Shown: one piece after another, positions 61,463 through 64,000 of the stretch
Position numbering within the stretch: position 1 is the stretch's first letter
Layout of the letters: the number at the start of each line of letters is the position of its first letter
Source: Oikopleura dioica
Lineage: Eukaryota; Animalia; Chordata
Direction of reading: 5' to 3'
Assembly (NCBI GenBank): GCA_907165135.1
Contig: OU015568.1
Span: 8,804,001-8,868,000 of the forward strand
DNA: 64,000 nt
The notes under the pieces: generated by a model
Told to the model about the DNA's origin: nothing
Databases searched by the model: none
The model's input: only the letters and a program-made list of their open reading frames with translations
Translations under genes and position numbers: made by a program

Positions 61463-61764
61463 ATGCGTTCCCAGCTGATTCAGGTCTTGAAACAAACCGT
61501 GAAGACGTCACAGAAATTCAACGATTACAATTTCCGAAGCTACTTCGTGAGAAAATACTCGGCTGAGCTTGCTGCGGTAGAGAGTAACGAGGGGATGACG
61601 GTTAGCCAGGAACTTTTGGAGCAGGCGCAGAGGTATAAAAGGAGCCAACCAGTACTCGTCATTTATCTTCTTTTTCTTTCAGAGACCTAGCCCTGATTGA
61701 GCGACAAACCGTCGTCCAGGGACTTTACAATATTGAACCGACAGTTGTTGAAGTCCAAAAATAA
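61463..61764 (+). CDS. LYRM4: LYR-motif protein 4 (ISD11)
   Basis: SQKFNDYNFRSYFVRK ... |DLALIERQTVVQGLY. Confidence 0.8.
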
Positions 61765-61879
61765 GCAAAATGCTTTAATTTTATTTACTGCTTGACTGAT
61801 ACTCCTCCTGATCACTGATTCTATCTTACTTACAAGTTATAACTAACCCTGAGTTTTACGATTTTGAAATTTAAGGAGC

Positions 61880-63016
<1,137 letters not shown>

Positions 63017-63716
63017 ATTTAAGTGTTCTTAATTTGCCGATACCAAGAATATGACACATTTTTACTGTGTCCTATTCTTTCATTTAACTAGCCATATTAT
63101 ACCAATTTCCTAACTCTTCATAATTCCGGACTTTCGGAAGCCTTAGTAAACTAAGAAAACGCGCACTTGAGAATCACGTTAGTGAATCACTAGAAATTCA
63201 ATGAACTGCACTGCTATTTATCTAAAAATATATTTTGAAGTGAACCTTTCTTTCTGTCTGCCTAAAAGCCATTCATTGTCAAACGCCCTTGTCTAAAGCG
63301 GGGACATCAATAATTCAAGACCCTAAAATTGTAGGTATTCCCTTTTGTACGCCAAAAAATAATCGTTCTCGTCATTTAAATTATGAGCAGAATTGACGTA
63401 TGCTCGTGCAATCATGCAGATTGTAAGTGAATATATTAATATCAAGCTACCTACAAATATTTGACCATTTCTCTATACGCGGCCTACAAAGCCTGCAATT
63501 TTCTTTTTTTTTTCTTCTTTCGATTAATAATTGCGCAGCTTGGTCGATAACCCTGCCGTCCGTGGAATACTTTCGCTGACGAAAATATTTTATTCAGTCG
63601 CGATCGGCAGAAAAGGAGCACAAGGGACAGTGTTCTGAGCCGCGATTTCTTCTAAACCTAGTTCTGCTTTAGAAATTGATCAGGCAAGAAAGTGGGAGCG
63701 GGGAGAAATAGTAGAG

Positions 63717-63786
63717 ATGGCGGCGAATAACGTAAACAGGAAAAACACGAACGAGAAAAATGGAGATATCAGTGCACTTATTAGAG
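63717..63786 (+). CDS. Possible first exon of a gene continuing past the right edge
   Basis: AG-AG-ATG context, MAANNVNRKNTNEKNGDISALIR followed by a GTAATC donor. Confidence 0.3.
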
Positions 63787-64000
63787 GTAATCACAACACT
63801 CAGTATCTTCTTGGACGTGAAGCTGTCAACGGTTAGGGTTGTCACAGTTATTTTTTATTATTTTATCTACGAGCTCCCGCGCTAGAATTTGTTATTCAGA
63901 TGAATTATCAGTGCGATAATTTAGTAAACAATTAACTGCCACTAACTTACTTTCGTAAATATAGTGGTACTCCTCCTTGATTTCACCTAGGAGGGAGAAT

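Overview
Eukaryotic, very gene-dense genomic DNA: about 27 intron-containing genes in 64 kb, many introns about 40-60 nt, several GA-AG/GC-AG introns, and long co-oriented gene runs with an AG just before the ATG. This architecture fits the appendicularian tunicate Oikopleura (probably O. dioica); the assignment is inferred, not database-verified. Genes, left to right: two head-to-head secreted Cys-rich proteins, an EF-hand protein, APIP/MtnB, a cyclophilin, MFF, VPS53, a CUB-LDLa membrane protein, an MCAT-like pseudoenzyme, a YLPM1-like RS protein, ERCC6/CSB, an SLC7 transporter, otoferlin, a small orphan gene, XAB2/SYF1, a slicer-deficient Argonaute, FUBP/KSRP, then a tight plus-strand run (METTL23, PLD6/Zucchini, C1orf198, PCYT1, C12orf4, TMEM254, TRAPPC5, LSM2, PSMD14, LYRM4, UPRT). 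Most striking element: a 535-bp miniature LTR retrotransposon (22134-22668). It has two identical 166-bp LTRs, each containing a 72-nt tRNA-like cloverleaf with Pol III A/B boxes, plus a PBS, a short PPT and a 4-bp TSD. Other highlights: a 1.1-kb foldback transposon with an 8-bp TSD 50 nt upstream of the otoferlin ATG, duplicated alternative transmembrane last exons in otoferlin, an MCAT homolog lacking its catalytic residues, and three hairpin/MITE elements. Gene spans are hand-spliced first-codon-to-stop extents; homologies are from recalled reference motifs, not searches.
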